Shown here: one piece after another, positions 35,801 through 37,314 of the stretch
Layout of the letters: each line of letters starts with the position of its first letter
Position numbering within the stretch: the first letter of the stretch is position 1
Source of the DNA: Alphaproteobacteria bacterium
GTDB taxonomy: Bacteria > Pseudomonadota > Alphaproteobacteria > Paracaedibacterales > CAITNM01
Reading direction: 5' to 3'
Length of the DNA stretch: 37,314 bases
NCBI GenBank assembly: GCA_947499175.1
Contig: CANMNU010000001.1
Span: 1 to 37,314 of the forward strand
The notes under the pieces: generated by a model
The model's database searches: none
Seen by the model: only the letters and a program-made list of their open reading frames with translations
What the model was told of the DNA's origin: nothing
Position numbers and translations under genes: made by a program

Positions 35801-36562
35801 CTAGCGTTTCACCGCTTGTATAGCAGCAAAGGCTTCAGCATACCAGGTTGTACTATTATAGTTATGACCAAGCACTGCAGCGGAGGCTTGTGCTTCGTCG
35901 TATAATCCAAGTGCTAAATATGAGATCACTAAACGATACAAAGCCTCAGGTACGTGCGCTGAATTTTCATAATCTTTGACAACACCTTTTAAACGATTTA
36001 TGGCTGGCAAATGTGCTTCTTTATGCTGATAATATCGTGCCACTTCAACTTCCTTAGCAGCTAAATGGTCACGAATAAAATCAATTTTCAATCGAGCATC
36101 CTTAGCATAAGCAGTATCTGGGAAGCGATTCATTAGCTTTTGGAAAGCATCCGTACTTTCTTTAGCTGGTGTTTGGTCACGTTCAACAATTGGAATTTCT
36201 TCATAGGCAATCAAGCCAAGCATATACATTGCATACGGCACATATTCATGTCCAGGGTGCAATTGAATGAAGACCTGGAATGCTTCATTAGCTTCTTCGT
36301 ATTTTTTAGCTAGATAATATGCATATCCAGACATAATTTGTGCATTAAGTGACCAGTCAGAATAAGGGTGTTGACGTTCCACTTCAGCATATGCTGTGCC
36401 AGCTTCTTTATATTTTTTTGCTTCCATGCGATCAACTGCCATAAGGTACAGCTGTTCAACAGACATTTCATCGAATTTTTCGCTATCGTCTGCACAAGAT
36501 GTGAGCAATAGGGCAAGCACACAAGGTACTAGTACACCGGATATATATTTCTTCACAAACAC
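35801..36562 (-). CDS. bamD: Outer membrane protein assembly factor BamD (lipoprotein, TPR-like)
   Basis: 253 aa. Lipobox LLTSC, plus TPR-like helices with Y..A......Y..A spacing. Its position next to recN is seen in many proteobacteria. Confidence 0.85.
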   Translation of the reverse strand: MFVKKYISGVLVPCVLALLLTSCADDSEKFDEMSVEQLYLMAVDRMEAKKYKEAGTAYAEVERQHPYSDWSLNAQIMSGYAYYLAKKYEEANEAFQVFIQLHPGHEYVPYAMYMLGLIAYEEIPIVERDQTPAKESTDAFQKLMNRFPDTAYAKDARLKIDFIRDHLAAKEVEVARYYQHKEAHLPAINRLKGVVKDYENSAHVPEALYRLVISYLALGLYDEAQASAAVLGHNYNSTTWYAEAFAAIQAVKR

Positions 36563-36760
36563 TAAAGCTTCTTATTTTCTCAAAGTTTAGCACAAGGAAA
36601 ATCGGTTTCCTAGGCCACCACTAAAAAACCTACAGGCATATTTAGTGCTTCATTTTTAATTAACTGAATGCTTTTCAATTTTCTTACTTTGTTAATAAAA
36701 AATTAACACATTCAACGTAGCTTTTAAGTACAGATATGTATTAAAAATTCAGGGGAAATT

Positions 36761-37314
36761 ATGTTAAAATACAAAAAGATTACAATCCACCTTTTCTTTG
36801 CGATTACTTGGTTTATTTCCGTTTTCCAAGGTGCAGAAGAATTAGAAAAATTAATAGAACAAGAAACAAAAGAAGCTAGAGCAAAAGTAAAAACTGTACG
36901 AGCTTTAGCAATTGATGGCGGCGCCCTAAGGGGAGCAATTCCAGGAAAAGTACTAAAAGAAATTGAAGAAAAAACCGGACAACCTATTTCAAAATTGTTC
37001 CATATTGCTGGTGGCACATCAATTGGATGTATGTTAGCTGCCGGATTGTCTGTAGCGTCAAAAGACGATCCATTAAAACCCAAATGGAGTGCAGACGATT
37101 TAGTTCAAGCATTATACGACGGTGGACCAAATATTTTCCGTAAACGCATTCCATGGGGATCAGTATATGATGTGGGGGCGCTAGAAAGAGTGGTTGATCA
37201 ATATTGCGGAACAGCTACTTTTGATCAATCAATTATTCCAACTGTCGGAATAGCCTTTGATTGTTGGGCAGGTAAAACTAAGGCAATTTGTAGCTGGGAA
37301 AAAGAAGAAGTTTT
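36761..37314 (+). CDS. Patatin-like phospholipase, second copy (3' end lies outside the window)
   Basis: This gene is not in the ORF track because no stop codon is reached. ATG at 36761 is preceded by aggggaaatt. Translation: MLKYKKITIHLFFAITWFISVFQGAEE... (signal-like), then AIDGGALRG (a variant of the DGGGxRG motif) and GGTSIG (GxSxG). It aligns with patatin 1 across DPL.PK....A..L. The antisense ORF 36724..37083 is its shadow. Confidence 0.8.
   Translation, partial: MLKYKKITIHLFFAITWFISVFQGAEELEKLIEQETKEARAKVKTVRALAIDGGALRGAIPGKVLKEIEEKTGQPISKLFHIAGGTSIGCMLAAGLSVASKDDPLKPKWSADDLVQALYDGGPNIFRKRIPWGSVYDVGALERVVDQYCGTATFDQSIIPTVGIAFDCWAGKTKAICSWEKEEV

Noticed and set aside
36619-36647. A 7-bp inverted repeat (cactaaa ... 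tttagtg) followed by a T-rich run in the bamD/patatin-2 intergenic region
   Set aside because: The stem is short and AT-rich with a 15-nt loop. No plus-strand gene lies upstream for it to terminate. It cannot be distinguished from chance in AT-rich DNA.
36724-37083. A 119-aa minus-strand ORF at the window end, the only ORF-track entry there
   Set aside because: The plus strand carries an open patatin-like frame with DGGALRG and GTSIG motifs and a good ribosome-binding site. The minus-strand ORF is its shadow.
1-37314. A search for CRISPR arrays, rRNA/tRNA genes, toxin-antitoxin pairs, and restriction or other defence systems
   Set aside because: No regularly spaced direct repeats were seen in any gap. 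No T-loop or anticodon-arm patterns were seen in intergenic gaps. No small paired ORFs or nuclease/methylase/ATPase defence-type genes were seen. All ORFs of 100 aa or longer are accounted for by the calls above or are antisense shadows.

Overview
This is a visibly AT-rich bacterial chromosomal window, and most of it is core housekeeping.

**Positions 1-13.7 kb (+ strand).** The 3' end of tuf is followed by an uninterrupted S10-spc-alpha ribosomal protein supercluster, in this order:
- rpsJ, rplC, rplD, rplW, rplB, rpsS, rplV, rpsC, rplP, rpmC, rpsQ
- rplN, rplX, rplE, rpsN, rpsH, rplF, rplR, rpsE, rpmD, rplO
- secY, adk, rpsM, rpsK, rpoA, rplQ

The cluster closes with a clear intrinsic terminator. 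Three features of the gene order are typical of Alphaproteobacteria: adk sits directly after secY, there is no infA/rpmJ, and there is no rpsD between rpsK and rpoA. The three-gene split transhydrogenase (pntAA-pntAB-pntB) fits the same assignment. This taxonomic call is an inference, not proof.

**Remaining genes, with several strand switches.**
- nagZ
- a signal-peptide patatin-like phospholipase
- a homogentisate-dioxygenase-family cupin
- an ArsB/NhaD-like permease
- ileS-lspA
- prmC-cvpA followed by a Sel1-repeat secreted protein
- yggT-rbfA
- a Q/N-rich bitopic orphan
- a YmdB-type phosphoesterase
- a tightly packed bamD-recN-murG-murC-murB block
- the 5' part of a second, paralogous patatin-like gene, which runs off the window end and is therefore absent from the ORF track

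**What I did not find.** There is no tRNA, rRNA, CRISPR array, transposase, integrase or recognisable defence or secretion gene cluster. I cannot support a claim of a novel multi-gene system here.

**Least-explained signals.**
1. A short, strongly GC-rich element in the pntB-nagZ gap has mutually exclusive helices.
2. An AU-rich hairpin occludes the start codon of patatin 1.
3. The two patatins, the Sel1 protein and the Q/N-rich protein look effector-like and suggest a host-associated lifestyle.
4. An in-frame 21-bp tandem repeat extends the N-terminus of ribosomal protein S5.
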